From a virus, in the IMG/VR virus record IMGVR_UViG_3300027608_000013: 64,000 bases of DNA; one strand, 5' to 3'. The notes under the pieces are model-generated. The model saw only the letters and a list, made by a program, of their open reading frames with translations. It was not told the origin of the DNA and did not search any database. The position numbers and the translations under genes were made by a program. Below, piece after piece: positions 18,586 through 29,360 of this stretch. How positions within the stretch are numbered: the first letter of the stretch is position 1; each line of letters begins with the position of its first letter.

Positions 18586-21060
18586 ATGAAACGCAAAGAA
18601 GCAGTATATAAAGGTTTACAATTTACTCAAGTTTACTTCGAAGATTCATCGCTAACATCTCCGGAATATTTTCAAATAACAGAATTTCCTACTAGATTAA
18701 CTGCCGGAAAGAATTTATTTAAACTTCGAGGACATCCTACTAATTTAAAATTAGGTGGTGTATTAAATTTAGAAGTTTTAGATTATAATGGTGATCCAAT
18801 TTATACGGAAGTTATAGATTATATTGATGAAGACAAGTCCCGTGTAATTGCAATATATATTTACTCAGAAACATCACCGGGCGATTGCACAGTAACCTTA
18901 GTTTCAGAAGCACAAACAATAAATGGGCAACCGGCACCAACGCAATGGCAAGGTCGACCTAATGTTAGGTGGTCTCGAACAGTTCCTGTCAATCCAAATG
19001 TATCAAATGTTTCAGAAATTATATTTTCTAAATTACCGGAAGTAACAGTTTCTGAACAAGTAGGCGTACAATTAGATAGAATTTATTCCGGAAGTCAACA
19101 ATTCCCTACATATACAACTGGCACAGTTAAGTTGTTTACACTGAATGGGGCACCCGCAATACAATTAACAAACGGTAAATTTACCGGAGATATGCAGACA
19201 GGTACTGTAACAGTTGCTACTCCGCAATCTCCTACTCCTACGCCTAATTATCCACTGTCTACCGCGGTTTATACATCTACGATAAAAAAGATATTATCTG
19301 ATACTACGGCATTGTTAGATCGAGAATATACGGTTTATAGTAGCCAAAGCATTTTTCCACATACTTATACGGAATTTGCAAATTCTACCTATTCATTGAC
19401 TTATGAACAAACACCAACTTATGTTGCAACGGAAAATTCACAATCATTTGCTTTGCTACAAATTAAAGGATTAGAACCAGCAACAGGTGATGTATCCCGC
19501 ATAAAAGTTTATACAAACAATAAAGGTACAGTTGGAACATGGGAATTGGTTAATGATGTTGAGCTTGAAGAAACCGAGATATTTGTAACTAGCACGGCAT
19601 CATTGTTTCCAGATCAAAGCATTGGTACATTTACATCGCAAAGCATTATCAATACGTATTGGGATGGATTTGCATACGTTGGTAAAACCGTTGGTACGGC
19701 TCCAACACTTGCTTGGTCAACTGCATCTTTAAATAACGCAATGAATATTACAAGTGCAACGAATATTGCTGCACGTAATTCGGTATTAGTTGTACAAAAT
19801 AAATCGGCATATAATGGAGTATTTATTGCAACATCATCATATAAAGTTACAATAGACGCCTTAGGTACTCGGGATTCATCGGGACTTAATCCACGGTTAG
19901 CAGTTTATATTTCCGGAAGTGCTGTAGCATTTGATCCTACAGATTATTTTAATCAAGAATTACCAAAGATACTAGGAAAACGAATTGGAGAAATAGAAGT
20001 AACATCAGATTCTCAGAGATTCGATGATACGGTATTCAATTTTGAAACTAATTATACCGGCACCGGCGCTCTGCTATTTGTAGTAGAATCCGGACAATGG
20101 CAAATTGCTGACATACGAACAACAACAGATAATGATGCTGGATATTCTCCAAATTATACTAGAATACGTTCAATTATTGAAACACCACACAAAGCAAACA
20201 ATCAAATTTCATTTAAGGTAGAATATTATAATGTTGAAGGTGTTGTTAGCAAACAAATCTCATATCTTTATGATAATGCGTGGCAAGGTGGTAATCGTTA
20301 TATTGATGGCGATTATTCAATGCTTACAGGTTCACTGTATGTTGCTGATTCATTGAATAGTGGAGTTGCAATCTCCGGATATGCAAATTCTGGTTTTGTT
20401 AGATCATTAGGCTATGAAGGATTTGATGCAGGATTTCCGGGATTCTTGCTATGGAGTGGATCTGCACTTACCGGCCAATTAACAAAATACAATCAGCCAT
20501 ATTCTGGTGTAGGATTGGAACTTTATCTTAATACTTCCAGTTATTTTCGATATTCAACTTCAGATGATGAAATTTATGTAGCAACAGATAATTTCTTTTT
20601 TGGAAATCCAAATTCTGCATATATTAGTGGAAGCAATGGATTATTAGAAATTTCATCTAGCAATTTTTTACTTAGTAGTAGCGGTGATCTTTTTGCTAAC
20701 GATGCTACATTTACCGGAGTAAATGAATCGTCTGCATTTACAAATACAACGGTCATAATTACAACAGCAAATTCATCAAGTTATTTTAAACCTAGAGGAA
20801 GTGGTACAGTAGGTAATCCATATTATTGGGAATTAGTATTAGATGGATCGTATGGTGGTAATATTTGTCAAAAAGTAGTTATTAATTGTAATATATTAAC
20901 AGCTCCATTTAATGCCGTAGTTAATAATTCAACTGCATATAGAGCAATAGGTGCAATTACAATGCCTGTTCGTTCTACTGCGGGATCTTCTGCTATTATT
21001 ACAATAGAATCCGGCCGTACTGTTTATTTAACTGATGCTTTTGCGTTAACGTCATTGTAA
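18586..21060 (+). CDS. Putative tail/fibre-associated structural protein
   Basis: 824 aa, beta-rich with SGS/TGS motifs; preceded by the late motif. Confidence 0.5.
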   Translation: MKRKEAVYKGLQFTQVYFEDSSLTSPEYFQITEFPTRLTAGKNLFKLRGHPTNLKLGGVLNLEVLDYNGDPIYTEVIDYIDEDKSRVIAIYIYSETSPGDCTVTLVSEAQTINGQPAPTQWQGRPNVRWSRTVPVNPNVSNVSEIIFSKLPEVTVSEQVGVQLDRIYSGSQQFPTYTTGTVKLFTLNGAPAIQLTNGKFTGDMQTGTVTVATPQSPTPTPNYPLSTAVYTSTIKKILSDTTALLDREYTVYSSQSIFPHTYTEFANSTYSLTYEQTPTYVATENSQSFALLQIKGLEPATGDVSRIKVYTNNKGTVGTWELVNDVELEETEIFVTSTASLFPDQSIGTFTSQSIINTYWDGFAYVGKTVGTAPTLAWSTASLNNAMNITSATNIAARNSVLVVQNKSAYNGVFIATSSYKVTIDALGTRDSSGLNPRLAVYISGSAVAFDPTDYFNQELPKILGKRIGEIEVTSDSQRFDDTVFNFETNYTGTGALLFVVESGQWQIADIRTTTDNDAGYSPNYTRIRSIIETPHKANNQISFKVEYYNVEGVVSKQISYLYDNAWQGGNRYIDGDYSMLTGSLYVADSLNSGVAISGYANSGFVRSLGYEGFDAGFPGFLLWSGSALTGQLTKYNQPYSGVGLELYLNTSSYFRYSTSDDEIYVATDNFFFGNPNSAYISGSNGLLEISSSNFLLSSSGDLFANDATFTGVNESSAFTNTTVIITTANSSSYFKPRGSGTVGNPYYWELVLDGSYGGNICQKVVINCNILTAPFNAVVNNSTAYRAIGAITMPVRSTAGSSAIITIESGRTVYLTDAFALTSL

Positions 21061-21071
21061 AAAGGATATTT

Positions 21072-21605
21072 ATGGGAATTTATTTATTAAAACCTGGAAC
21101 ATTTCAAATAACAACTGTAGGTGCAGGTACTAATACATTATCAGCTTTAGGTGGATCAAGTGAACCATTTTCAAAAACATTTCATTCTACAATTATAGTA
21201 GAAGCACAAGATGCAGATACATCTATATTTAAAGGTGACTTGCAAGTTAATCAAACGTTAACGGTTAGTGGGTCATTATTAATTAATAATCATTTAACTA
21301 TTAATACTAGTGGTACTACAACAATATCAGCAAATGATTTAGAATCAGTAATATTAGTTTCCACAACTAGTGGAACAGTTACATTGCAATTACCAACTAC
21401 CACCGGAGATTCTAAAGGACGAATATATTTTATTAAAAAAATAGGCGGTACAAATACATTAACGATTAATCCGGCGTCAACTACAACTATCGACGGAGCA
21501 TTAACATTAGCTACAACAGATGCATCAGCATCTATACAATTGTTATCATCCGGTGCTACATCCCTAGGATATTATATATTATCTGAATATGGTACTTGGA
21601 CGTAA
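21072..21605 (+). CDS. Putative fibre/spike tip-like protein
   Basis: TVTLQLP...GRIYFIKK...TLTINP...TIDG module common in phage fibres. Confidence 0.55.
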   Translation: MGIYLLKPGTFQITTVGAGTNTLSALGGSSEPFSKTFHSTIIVEAQDADTSIFKGDLQVNQTLTVSGSLLINNHLTINTSGTTTISANDLESVILVSTTSGTVTLQLPTTTGDSKGRIYFIKKIGGTNTLTINPASTTTIDGALTLATTDASASIQLLSSGATSLGYYILSEYGTWT

Positions 21606-21606
21606 T

Positions 21607-21615
21607 ATATTTATA
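21607..21615 (+). promoter_or_regulatory. Putative late promoter motif
   Basis: ATATTTATA, intergenic. Confidence 0.6.
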
Positions 21616-21629
21616 TAAAAAGAAAATAA

Positions 21630-23654
21630 ATGAATAAAATAACAACATTATTTCCTGGAGGATTTAAACCATTAACTGGAGCACATTTAGCATTAGCTGA
21701 ACGATATGCAGAACATCCTGATACAGACAAAGTAATTCTTTTAATTGGTCCAATGCCCCGAGATGGAATTACCCGAGAAAAAACAATTGAAATGTTCAAT
21801 TTAATTAATCAAAATCCAAACATCATAATTCAACCTACAGAATTTAATTCTCCTATTACCGCAGCATATGAATATTTATTCAACCTACCGGAAGATACAC
21901 AAGGTCGATTTGCAATGGCGGCATCAACTAAAGGAGATGATTACGTACGAGCAAAAGCTTTTGTTCCTAATGTAGATAAATATAAAACTATAGGTGACAA
22001 GAAAGGCCGTACAATTCCTGCAGGTGTAGATGCTACCGAACTAAATATCAATGTAGATCCATTAACATTACCTACCGGACAACCAATATCAGCATCCACA
22101 GTTCGATTAAATTTAATGAAAAATGATTATGCTGCGTTTCGAAAGTCCTATCCGAATCATGACGATGCTGTTGTAAAAAATGCATGGCAAATTTTAACGG
22201 GCCTACAAGAAACAATATTTTCAAAGAATTGGTGGACAACATCATTGCAAGAAGAAATCAATCAAGTTGTTGAAGGATATATGGATCCTAAAACTAATAC
22301 AAAACATCGAGCAAAAATTAAAAAGTTACGCAAGTTTCTGGATTCAAATATTGCAAAACCATTTGTATATAATTTTGATCAATTTGCAAAAACCGTATAC
22401 GGAGTTCCATTAACAGAAGCAATAAACTTAATAAAAGAAGGCGGCGCAGCAGGTCATATGGCGCACCCATATGATGATCATTCATTGTCATTTGGAGATG
22501 TAAAAGAAATTATTGCTAGATCATTAGGCGGACGTTTAGATATAGAAGCTGCGGTAACTGAAAAGACTGATGGTCAAAATATTCAAGTAACATATAAAAA
22601 CGGAGCCATAGGATTTGCTCGTAATAAAGGTACTGTAATCAATCCAATGTCAGTGCAAGAAATACAAGATAAATTTGGAGGCCGCGGACCTATATCAGAT
22701 GCATTTGGAAATGCTGCAGAAGATTTAGCAGAAGCATTTACACGTGTCAATCCACAAACATTGAATGGTATTTTTAAAAATGGACGTGTATTTGCAAACA
22801 TGGAAATTATTTATCCGGCGACAAAAAATGTTATTTCATATGATATTGCAGTATTACAATTTCATAATTTAGTTGAATATGATGAACAAGGAAATACTGT
22901 TGAAACTGATTTAACTGGTGGTGGAATTTTACAAGGTATTATACAAGAAGCAAATGCTCACTTACAAAAAACATTTTCATTTATTCCTCCACAACGAATC
23001 AAGATAGGTCGATTAGAAAATTTTGAAGATCAACAAGCAGCATTTTTTGCAGAAGCAGATCAACTTAAAGACCGATACGGATTAACAGATACCGATTTAA
23101 TTTCTGATTATCACAAAGCATGGTGGGCAGATGTCATCCGAGAAAAAGCACAAGCAGTAGGATATGAAATTCCAGATAGTGTATTGTCTTTATTAATAGC
23201 ACGATGGGCATTCTTCGATAAATCAACAAGTATAGTTGCAGTTAAAAAACAAATTGATAATGCAGACTTTGCAAATTGGGTAAATGAGTTTGATAAAAAA
23301 GATTTTAAAACTTATTACAAACAAAACATGGAACCGTTCGAATCTCTATTTTTACGGCTAGGTGCAGTGGTATTACAAAATGCTCAAAACTTCTTAGCAG
23401 CAAACCCATCTAAGTCGGCACAAGAATTAAAACGAGATTTAGCAGATTTAATTAGAGAATTGCAAACAACTAATGATATTAATAGTATCAAGAAATTAGA
23501 ACATGAATTACGCCGTATACAACGCTTAGGAGGATTTGAATCAATTGTACCATCCGAAGGAGTAGTATTTGTTTACGGTGGTAATACATACAAGTTAACA
23601 GGCGCGTTTGCACCAGTTAATCAAATACTAGGGGTATTAAAGTACGCACGATGA
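21630..23654 (+). CDS. HIGH-family nucleotidyltransferase (cytidyltransferase-like) fused to a KxDG ligase-like domain
   Basis: N-terminal FPGGFKPLTGAH and ISASTVR; C-terminal part EGGAAGHMAHP...TEKTDGQNI...EGVVF...YKLTG. Confidence 0.65.
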   Translation: MNKITTLFPGGFKPLTGAHLALAERYAEHPDTDKVILLIGPMPRDGITREKTIEMFNLINQNPNIIIQPTEFNSPITAAYEYLFNLPEDTQGRFAMAASTKGDDYVRAKAFVPNVDKYKTIGDKKGRTIPAGVDATELNINVDPLTLPTGQPISASTVRLNLMKNDYAAFRKSYPNHDDAVVKNAWQILTGLQETIFSKNWWTTSLQEEINQVVEGYMDPKTNTKHRAKIKKLRKFLDSNIAKPFVYNFDQFAKTVYGVPLTEAINLIKEGGAAGHMAHPYDDHSLSFGDVKEIIARSLGGRLDIEAAVTEKTDGQNIQVTYKNGAIGFARNKGTVINPMSVQEIQDKFGGRGPISDAFGNAAEDLAEAFTRVNPQTLNGIFKNGRVFANMEIIYPATKNVISYDIAVLQFHNLVEYDEQGNTVETDLTGGGILQGIIQEANAHLQKTFSFIPPQRIKIGRLENFEDQQAAFFAEADQLKDRYGLTDTDLISDYHKAWWADVIREKAQAVGYEIPDSVLSLLIARWAFFDKSTSIVAVKKQIDNADFANWVNEFDKKDFKTYYKQNMEPFESLFLRLGAVVLQNAQNFLAANPSKSAQELKRDLADLIRELQTTNDINSIKKLEHELRRIQRLGGFESIVPSEGVVFVYGGNTYKLTGAFAPVNQILGVLKYAR

Positions 23655-23668
23655 TATTTATATTTATA
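23654..23668 (+). promoter_or_regulatory. Putative late promoter motif (two overlapping copies)
   Basis: ATATTTATATTTATA. Confidence 0.6.
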
Positions 23669-23687
23669 AAAAAATAGGATTAAGGCA

Positions 23688-24518
23688 ATGGCTGAGAAAC
23701 ACAAAAGCAAATACAAAAAACCAGAAAATACAAAATATAAATCTAGAACAGATTTGAAAGATTATACAATGGATGATAAAGATGGAAAACTTAATCCATA
23801 TTCAAATAAAAATAAACTATCAAATGTGTTGCGTAAAACAGATAAAACCGTACAAGATGATGGTAATTATGATGTAAAGTATAATGCTGATGATCGTTTA
23901 TATAAAGATCTAGAAGATGCGGAATATGATGCAAAGCATGCAGCTAAAGTATTTAAAAAACGTCAAGATGCTGAAGAAAAAGATGTATTAGATGTTCTTA
24001 AAGATAAAGTTGAAAATCTTACGAGAGAGCAACGAGAACGTTTAGTTAGAGAATATGTACGTAGAACAATTGTTAAACAACTAATTGAACAAGAAGATAA
24101 AGATGCACCAGATCCAAATGCAACTCCCACATTAGGTGCACCAGATCCAAATGCAGCACCAGCAGCTGATACCGCTACACCACCTGCAGATCCAAATGCA
24201 GCTCCAGCGCCTGATGCAACAGCACCTGCACCATCTACAGAAACTCCAACAACACCGACTGAACCTGCAGAAGAAACACCTGAAGATAAAGCAAATGAAA
24301 AAATTGCAAAACAAAAAATTGCATTAAAATATTGGGAAGAACTATTAAGTGATCAAACAGGTCCAAATAGTTTAATAGATACTGGATTTGATCCATTAGG
24401 TAAAGCCTTAGGTAATTTAGATGCAAAAGATTTAAAACTAGCTAAAGTCATGATTTTACGTAGACTAGCTAAAATAAGACCAGCACAACCTAGTTCCGAT
24501 ACCAACAAAAATAAATAA
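23688..24518 (+). CDS. Hypothetical protein with Pro/Ala-rich linker
   Basis: 276 aa; PDPNAxP repeats after QLIEQ; late motif upstream. Confidence 0.5.
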   Translation: MAEKHKSKYKKPENTKYKSRTDLKDYTMDDKDGKLNPYSNKNKLSNVLRKTDKTVQDDGNYDVKYNADDRLYKDLEDAEYDAKHAAKVFKKRQDAEEKDVLDVLKDKVENLTREQRERLVREYVRRTIVKQLIEQEDKDAPDPNATPTLGAPDPNAAPAADTATPPADPNAAPAPDATAPAPSTETPTTPTEPAEETPEDKANEKIAKQKIALKYWEELLSDQTGPNSLIDTGFDPLGKALGNLDAKDLKLAKVMILRRLAKIRPAQPSSDTNKNK

Positions 24519-24521
24519 TAT

Positions 24522-25169
24522 ATGCCAAATAACAAGTTACAAAACATCAAAGCCGTACAACAAATGATTGCCGGCACACATAAGTTTCAAACCAGAAAAG
24601 CAATAGGATTTTCAGATGCCGAAGCTGCAGCTAAAAAATCATTACGGCATGAAGTAGGCGACATATGGGAAGAAATAGATTCCAAAGGCAATGTATATAT
24701 CATAGAACAGAAAGACGGATTCCGAATTAAAAAAACAAAAAATTCAGATCTATTTCAAGAAGTTCGAGACGAATTACGTGCATTTCCTAACTGTCAAAAA
24801 CATGCATGTACATGTTACCAAGCCAATCAACTTGATGAAAAGATGCGAAAAATTCACGGAATGTGTTTTGACTGCGTAATTGAAATGGAACATCAATTAA
24901 AAAAAGATGGAACATTTGATGAATACGCACACAACAAAATTCGCGAAAATGCATTAGCATGGCTCCGTGATGCAGAACAAGATGTTGTAATGTTAAAACA
25001 AACATATACAGAAGCATCTAAGTTTGTGCTTAATGGAGATGGAGAAACTGAATCATTTTCTGCAAGAATGACCCCGGAAGAATTTGAAGAAAAAATAGAA
25101 AAAAGCTTTGCAGAATTTAAAGAAAACTTTTTAAAAAAATTAAATGGAAAAAACAATGAAAACAATTAA
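24522..25169 (+). CDS. Hypothetical protein with Cys clusters
   Basis: CQKHACTC and CFDC. Confidence 0.5.
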   Translation: MPNNKLQNIKAVQQMIAGTHKFQTRKAIGFSDAEAAAKKSLRHEVGDIWEEIDSKGNVYIIEQKDGFRIKKTKNSDLFQEVRDELRAFPNCQKHACTCYQANQLDEKMRKIHGMCFDCVIEMEHQLKKDGTFDEYAHNKIRENALAWLRDAEQDVVMLKQTYTEASKFVLNGDGETESFSARMTPEEFEEKIEKSFAEFKENFLKKLNGKNNENN

Positions 25170-25491
25170 AAAATATTGGGCAATTATAGTAGGCGCAATA
25201 CTAGCAGCATTTGGAATTGGAATAGCTGTAAACAAAAAATTAAATGATAAGCAACTTGCAAAGTCAGATAAAAAAATTGATGATAACAAACAACAAGCAG
25301 ATGTTATATCTGGTAAAGTTGATGCAATTGAAACACAAAAAACTGAAGTTAAAACAGATATATCAACGTTGGAAGCCGAAGTTAAAACATTACAAGATAA
25401 AAAACAAAATATCAAAGTTGAAACTCCTAAAACAACAAACCAAGTTAAAACAAATATTTTAAATAAAACTAACAATAAAAAGAAAAAATGA
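25156..25491 (+). CDS. Membrane-anchored coiled-coil protein (possible i-spanin-like)
   Basis: N-terminal TM segment WAIIVGAILAAFGIGIAV followed by heptad coiled coil. Confidence 0.4.
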   Translation: MKTIKKYWAIIVGAILAAFGIGIAVNKKLNDKQLAKSDKKIDDNKQQADVISGKVDAIETQKTEVKTDISTLEAEVKTLQDKKQNIKVETPKTTNQVKTNILNKTNNKKKK

Positions 25492-25868
25492 AAAAATTAC
25501 TAGTTATATTATTATTTCCTATATTTAGTTTCACTCAAATAATTCCTGATACATGTTTTACAGAACAAGAATTGCATGATATATCTGCTACAATTGATTC
25601 ACTTTGGCACGTAGATGAAATAAATACTGAAATAATTGCAAATCAACAACTTATTATCAAAAAACAAAAATCTGTTATGTACTTAGATTCCGTACAGATT
25701 GCGTTACAATATCAACAAGTTGCATTGTTACAAACAAATATTGATTTATATGTTCAACGTGAAAAACGTTTACAACCAAAATGGTATGATAATAAAAACA
25801 TATGGTTTGGATTAGGAATTATAACTTCAATTGGTTCTGGAATATTAATTAACGAACTAACAAAATAA
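25488..25868 (+). CDS. Signal-peptide protein with C-terminal hydrophobic segment (possible lysis accessory)
   Basis: MKKLLVILLFPIFSFT|Q signal peptide, coiled coil, C-terminal IWFGLGIITSIGSGILI. Confidence 0.4.
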   Translation: MKKLLVILLFPIFSFTQIIPDTCFTEQELHDISATIDSLWHVDEINTEIIANQQLIIKKQKSVMYLDSVQIALQYQQVALLQTNIDLYVQREKRLQPKWYDNKNIWFGLGIITSIGSGILINELTK

Positions 25869-25869
25869 T

Positions 25870-27447
25870 ATGTCTCAACTAACAATAAAACAGATTATTC
25901 AGCAACAATACCAAATGTGTGCTAAAGATCCTGTGTTTTTTATGAGACAATATTGTTACATACAACATCCTAAAAAAGGAAAGATAAAATTTAATTTATT
26001 TCCATTTCAGGAAGACTCATTAACTGAATTACGTGATAATCGATATAGCGTAATATTAAAATCTAGACAATTAGGAATATCAACTCTATCAGCTGGATTC
26101 GCACTATGGAGTATGTTATTTAATGAAGATTTCAATGTACTTGTTATTGCAACAACACAAGAAGTAGCAAAAAACTTAGTAACTAAAGTGCGAGTAATGC
26201 ACGATAATTTGCCAAGTTGGTTAAAGGGTACCATTGAAGCTGACAATAAACTTTCTCTGAAATTTCGAAATGGGTCACAAATTAAAGCAGTATCATCCGC
26301 AACAACCGGTGCACGTTCAGAAGCATTATCATTGTTGATTATAGATGAAGCTGCCTTTATTAGGAACATTGAAGAAATATGGATAGCATCACAAGCAACC
26401 CTATCAACGGGCGGCGGCGCAATAGTTCTTTCAACACCTAATGGGATTGGTAACTGGTTTCACCAAACATGGGCAGATGCAGAAGCTGCAATCAATGGTT
26501 TCCATACAATTAAATTGCATTGGACCGTCCATCCGGAACGCGATCAACCATGGCGGGATCAACAAACCCAATTATTGGGCGAACGCGGAGCTGCTCAAGA
26601 ATGTGACTGTGACTTTATTTCATCTGGGCATACTGTAATTGATGGCTCTATATTAATAGAATTTGATGAAAAATGTACGGACCCAATTGAAAAACGAGGA
26701 TATGACAATGCATATTGGATTTGGGAATATCCGGACTATGCGCGCGATTATATGGTAATTGCTGACGTTGCTCGAGGTGATGGTGGTGACTGGTCAACAT
26801 TCCATGTTATAGATACATTGGATGTACGACAAGTAGCAGAATACAAAGGAAAACTTCCTCCCAATGATTTTGGAAACATGTTAGTAACAGTTGCTACAGA
26901 ATGGAACAATGCATTGCTAGCAATTGAAAATGCAAACATAGGTTGGGCTGCAATTCAACCAGCATTAGATAGAGGCTATCAAAATCTATTTTATACATAT
27001 AAAGATGATGGATATACTGATGCAGATGTACAATTAAAAAAAGGTTATGATATGAAAGATAAGAGCCAAATGGTTCCTGGAGTATCAACAACCACACGTA
27101 CACGTCCATTAATGATATCAGCACTTGAAATGTATATGCGAGAACGAACTCCTGTAATTAGATCAAAACGTTTAATACAAGAATTGTTTGTATTTATTTG
27201 GTTGAATGGAAAAGCTCAATCACAAAGTGGTTATAATGATGACCTTGTAATGGCATTCTGTATTGGATTATGGTTACGCGATACTTCACTTAAATTGCGA
27301 CAACAAGGTATTGAACTTAATAAACGTGCTTTATCACATTTCAAAAAATCAGATCCGGTTATATATACGAACAGCCAGAAACGACAAGATACTGGTTGGT
27401 CATGGAACAATGGTAATGATGACGAAAGTTTAACTTGGTTGTTATAA
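25870..27447 (+). CDS. Terminase large subunit (T4 gp17-like)
   Basis: LFPFQ Q-motif, LKSRQLGIST Walker A, LIIDEAAFI Walker B, LSTPNG, and nuclease motifs ADVARG and DDLVMA. Confidence 0.95.
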   Translation: MSQLTIKQIIQQQYQMCAKDPVFFMRQYCYIQHPKKGKIKFNLFPFQEDSLTELRDNRYSVILKSRQLGISTLSAGFALWSMLFNEDFNVLVIATTQEVAKNLVTKVRVMHDNLPSWLKGTIEADNKLSLKFRNGSQIKAVSSATTGARSEALSLLIIDEAAFIRNIEEIWIASQATLSTGGGAIVLSTPNGIGNWFHQTWADAEAAINGFHTIKLHWTVHPERDQPWRDQQTQLLGERGAAQECDCDFISSGHTVIDGSILIEFDEKCTDPIEKRGYDNAYWIWEYPDYARDYMVIADVARGDGGDWSTFHVIDTLDVRQVAEYKGKLPPNDFGNMLVTVATEWNNALLAIENANIGWAAIQPALDRGYQNLFYTYKDDGYTDADVQLKKGYDMKDKSQMVPGVSTTTRTRPLMISALEMYMRERTPVIRSKRLIQELFVFIWLNGKAQSQSGYNDDLVMAFCIGLWLRDTSLKLRQQGIELNKRALSHFKKSDPVIYTNSQKRQDTGWSWNNGNDDESLTWLL

Positions 27448-27473
27448 AAATCACCATGGTTCTATAATTAGTT

Positions 27474-27482
27474 ATATTTATA
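27474..27482 (+). promoter_or_regulatory. Putative late promoter motif (portal)
   Basis: ATATTTATA, intergenic. Confidence 0.6.
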
Positions 27483-27495
27483 TTAAAAATAATAT

Positions 27496-29331
27496 ATGGC
27501 ATCATTAAGAAAACGATTACAAAATCTATTTGCTACAAACGTTATCGTTCGGGCATATGGAAAAGACCAACTTAAAGTTATAGATACCAACCGTTTACAA
27601 TCAATGGGTAATCTAAATCAAACTAAAGTTGCTGACAGATATACTCGATTGCATGGTTCAAATCGTCATCGTGTTGGCGGGAATGGCGGATATGATTCAA
27701 ATTATTATATGCATCAAAATCGTATGCAGTTATATACTGATTACGAAATGATGGATAAAGATCCAATCATAAGTGCTGCATTAGATATTTATGCAGATGA
27801 ATCAACTCTAGCAGATCAATTTGGCGATATGCTAACTATTAAAACAAATAATACTAAAATACAAAAAATACTTTATAATTTATTTTATGATGTATTAAAC
27901 ATAGAATTTAATCTTTGGCCATGGATTAGAAACATGACTAAGTATGGTGATTTCTTTTTAAAACTTGATATTGCTAATGAATTAGGAGTTATTAATGCTC
28001 GTCCTTTTTCTAGTTACGAAGTAGAACGTTGGGAAGAATTTGCTGAAGATACTGGAGAATATAAAATTAAATTTCGTCACGCTTCTAGTCCAGGATTAAT
28101 GTATGATGTATTTGAAGTAGCACATTTTCGAATGTTATCAGATTCAAACTTTTTGCCGTACGGTAAATCAATGTTAGAAGGTGCTCGTAAAGAATTTCAA
28201 AAATTAACAATGCTTGAAGATGCAATGCTTATTCATAGAATAATGCGAGCACCAGAAAAACGTATATTTAAAATTGATATTGGTAATATTCCACCAAATG
28301 AAGTAGATACATTCATGGAACAAGTTATCAATAAAATGAAAAAAATTCCTCACGTTGATGCTCAAACAGGCAATTATAATTTGAAATTCAATTTGAACAA
28401 CATGTTGGAAGATTATTATTTGCCAGTTCGAGGAGGGCAATCATCTACATCAATCGACACATTACCGGGTATGACTTTTACGGGTATTGATGATATCAAT
28501 TACGTTAAAGACAAAATGATGGCTGCTCTTAAAATTCCTAAACCATTTTTAGGATATGCTGAAGCAGTAGAAGGTAAAACTACCTTAGCTTCAATGGATA
28601 TACGATTTGCTAGAACAATTGAACGTATCCAAAAAATTGTTACGTCTGAATTATATAAAATTGCAATTGTACATTTATATGCACAAGGATTTGAAGGTGA
28701 GGAATTAGTTGGATTTGAATTAGAATTAACAGCACCGTCAATTGTATATGATCAACAAAAAGTTGCATTAATGACAGAAAAAATGACATTAGCAACATCG
28801 ATGAAAGATTCAAAATTAGTTTCAGATAAATACATATATGAATTCATATTTAACATGTCCGAAGAACAATGGTTATCAGAACGTACCAATGTTATTGAAG
28901 ATTTAAAATTGCGTTTTCGTCAAAATCAACTTGAACAAGAAGGTAATGATCCAGCTGTAACGGGAGTATCATATGGTACACCACACGATTTAGCATCAAT
29001 GCATATGAGTTCAGATGATGTTGAAGAAAAAGATAAAGGCGGCCGTCCAAAAGAAGGAATTAAATTTGGTCAACATAAGAATGCATTCGGATGGGATCCA
29101 ACGGGCAAAAAAGAAATTGATCAATCATTTGATTCTGAAAATCAAAAATCGGCATTTCTACCAGATCCGCGAAGAGAACGCAAATTAGATTTAGCACACG
29201 AAAATGTTATAAAAATAATGAAAAATTCTAAATATACAAAAACATCTAATATTATTTTAGAATCATTAGAAAAACCTAATCCAGCTGATTTCGATGCAGG
29301 AACATTATTAGATGAAAATAATATTTTATAA
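27496..29331 (+). CDS. Portal protein (T4 gp20-like)
   Basis: LEDAMLIHRIMRAPEKRIFKIDIGNIP...EDYYLPVRGG..TSIDTLPG. Confidence 0.95.
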   Translation: MASLRKRLQNLFATNVIVRAYGKDQLKVIDTNRLQSMGNLNQTKVADRYTRLHGSNRHRVGGNGGYDSNYYMHQNRMQLYTDYEMMDKDPIISAALDIYADESTLADQFGDMLTIKTNNTKIQKILYNLFYDVLNIEFNLWPWIRNMTKYGDFFLKLDIANELGVINARPFSSYEVERWEEFAEDTGEYKIKFRHASSPGLMYDVFEVAHFRMLSDSNFLPYGKSMLEGARKEFQKLTMLEDAMLIHRIMRAPEKRIFKIDIGNIPPNEVDTFMEQVINKMKKIPHVDAQTGNYNLKFNLNNMLEDYYLPVRGGQSSTSIDTLPGMTFTGIDDINYVKDKMMAALKIPKPFLGYAEAVEGKTTLASMDIRFARTIERIQKIVTSELYKIAIVHLYAQGFEGEELVGFELELTAPSIVYDQQKVALMTEKMTLATSMKDSKLVSDKYIYEFIFNMSEEQWLSERTNVIEDLKLRFRQNQLEQEGNDPAVTGVSYGTPHDLASMHMSSDDVEEKDKGGRPKEGIKFGQHKNAFGWDPTGKKEIDQSFDSENQKSAFLPDPRRERKLDLAHENVIKIMKNSKYTKTSNIILESLEKPNPADFDAGTLLDENNIL

Positions 29332-29332
29332 C

Positions 29333-29341
29333 ATATTTATT
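29333..29341 (+). promoter_or_regulatory. Putative late promoter motif
   Basis: ATATTTATT, intergenic. Confidence 0.55.
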
Positions 29342-29360
29342 TAAAAAGTATCGTATTGAT

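Noticed and set aside
21066-21074. ATATTTATG as another late promoter
   Set aside because: It overlaps the start codon itself and follows an AAGGA RBS, so it is probably incidental.
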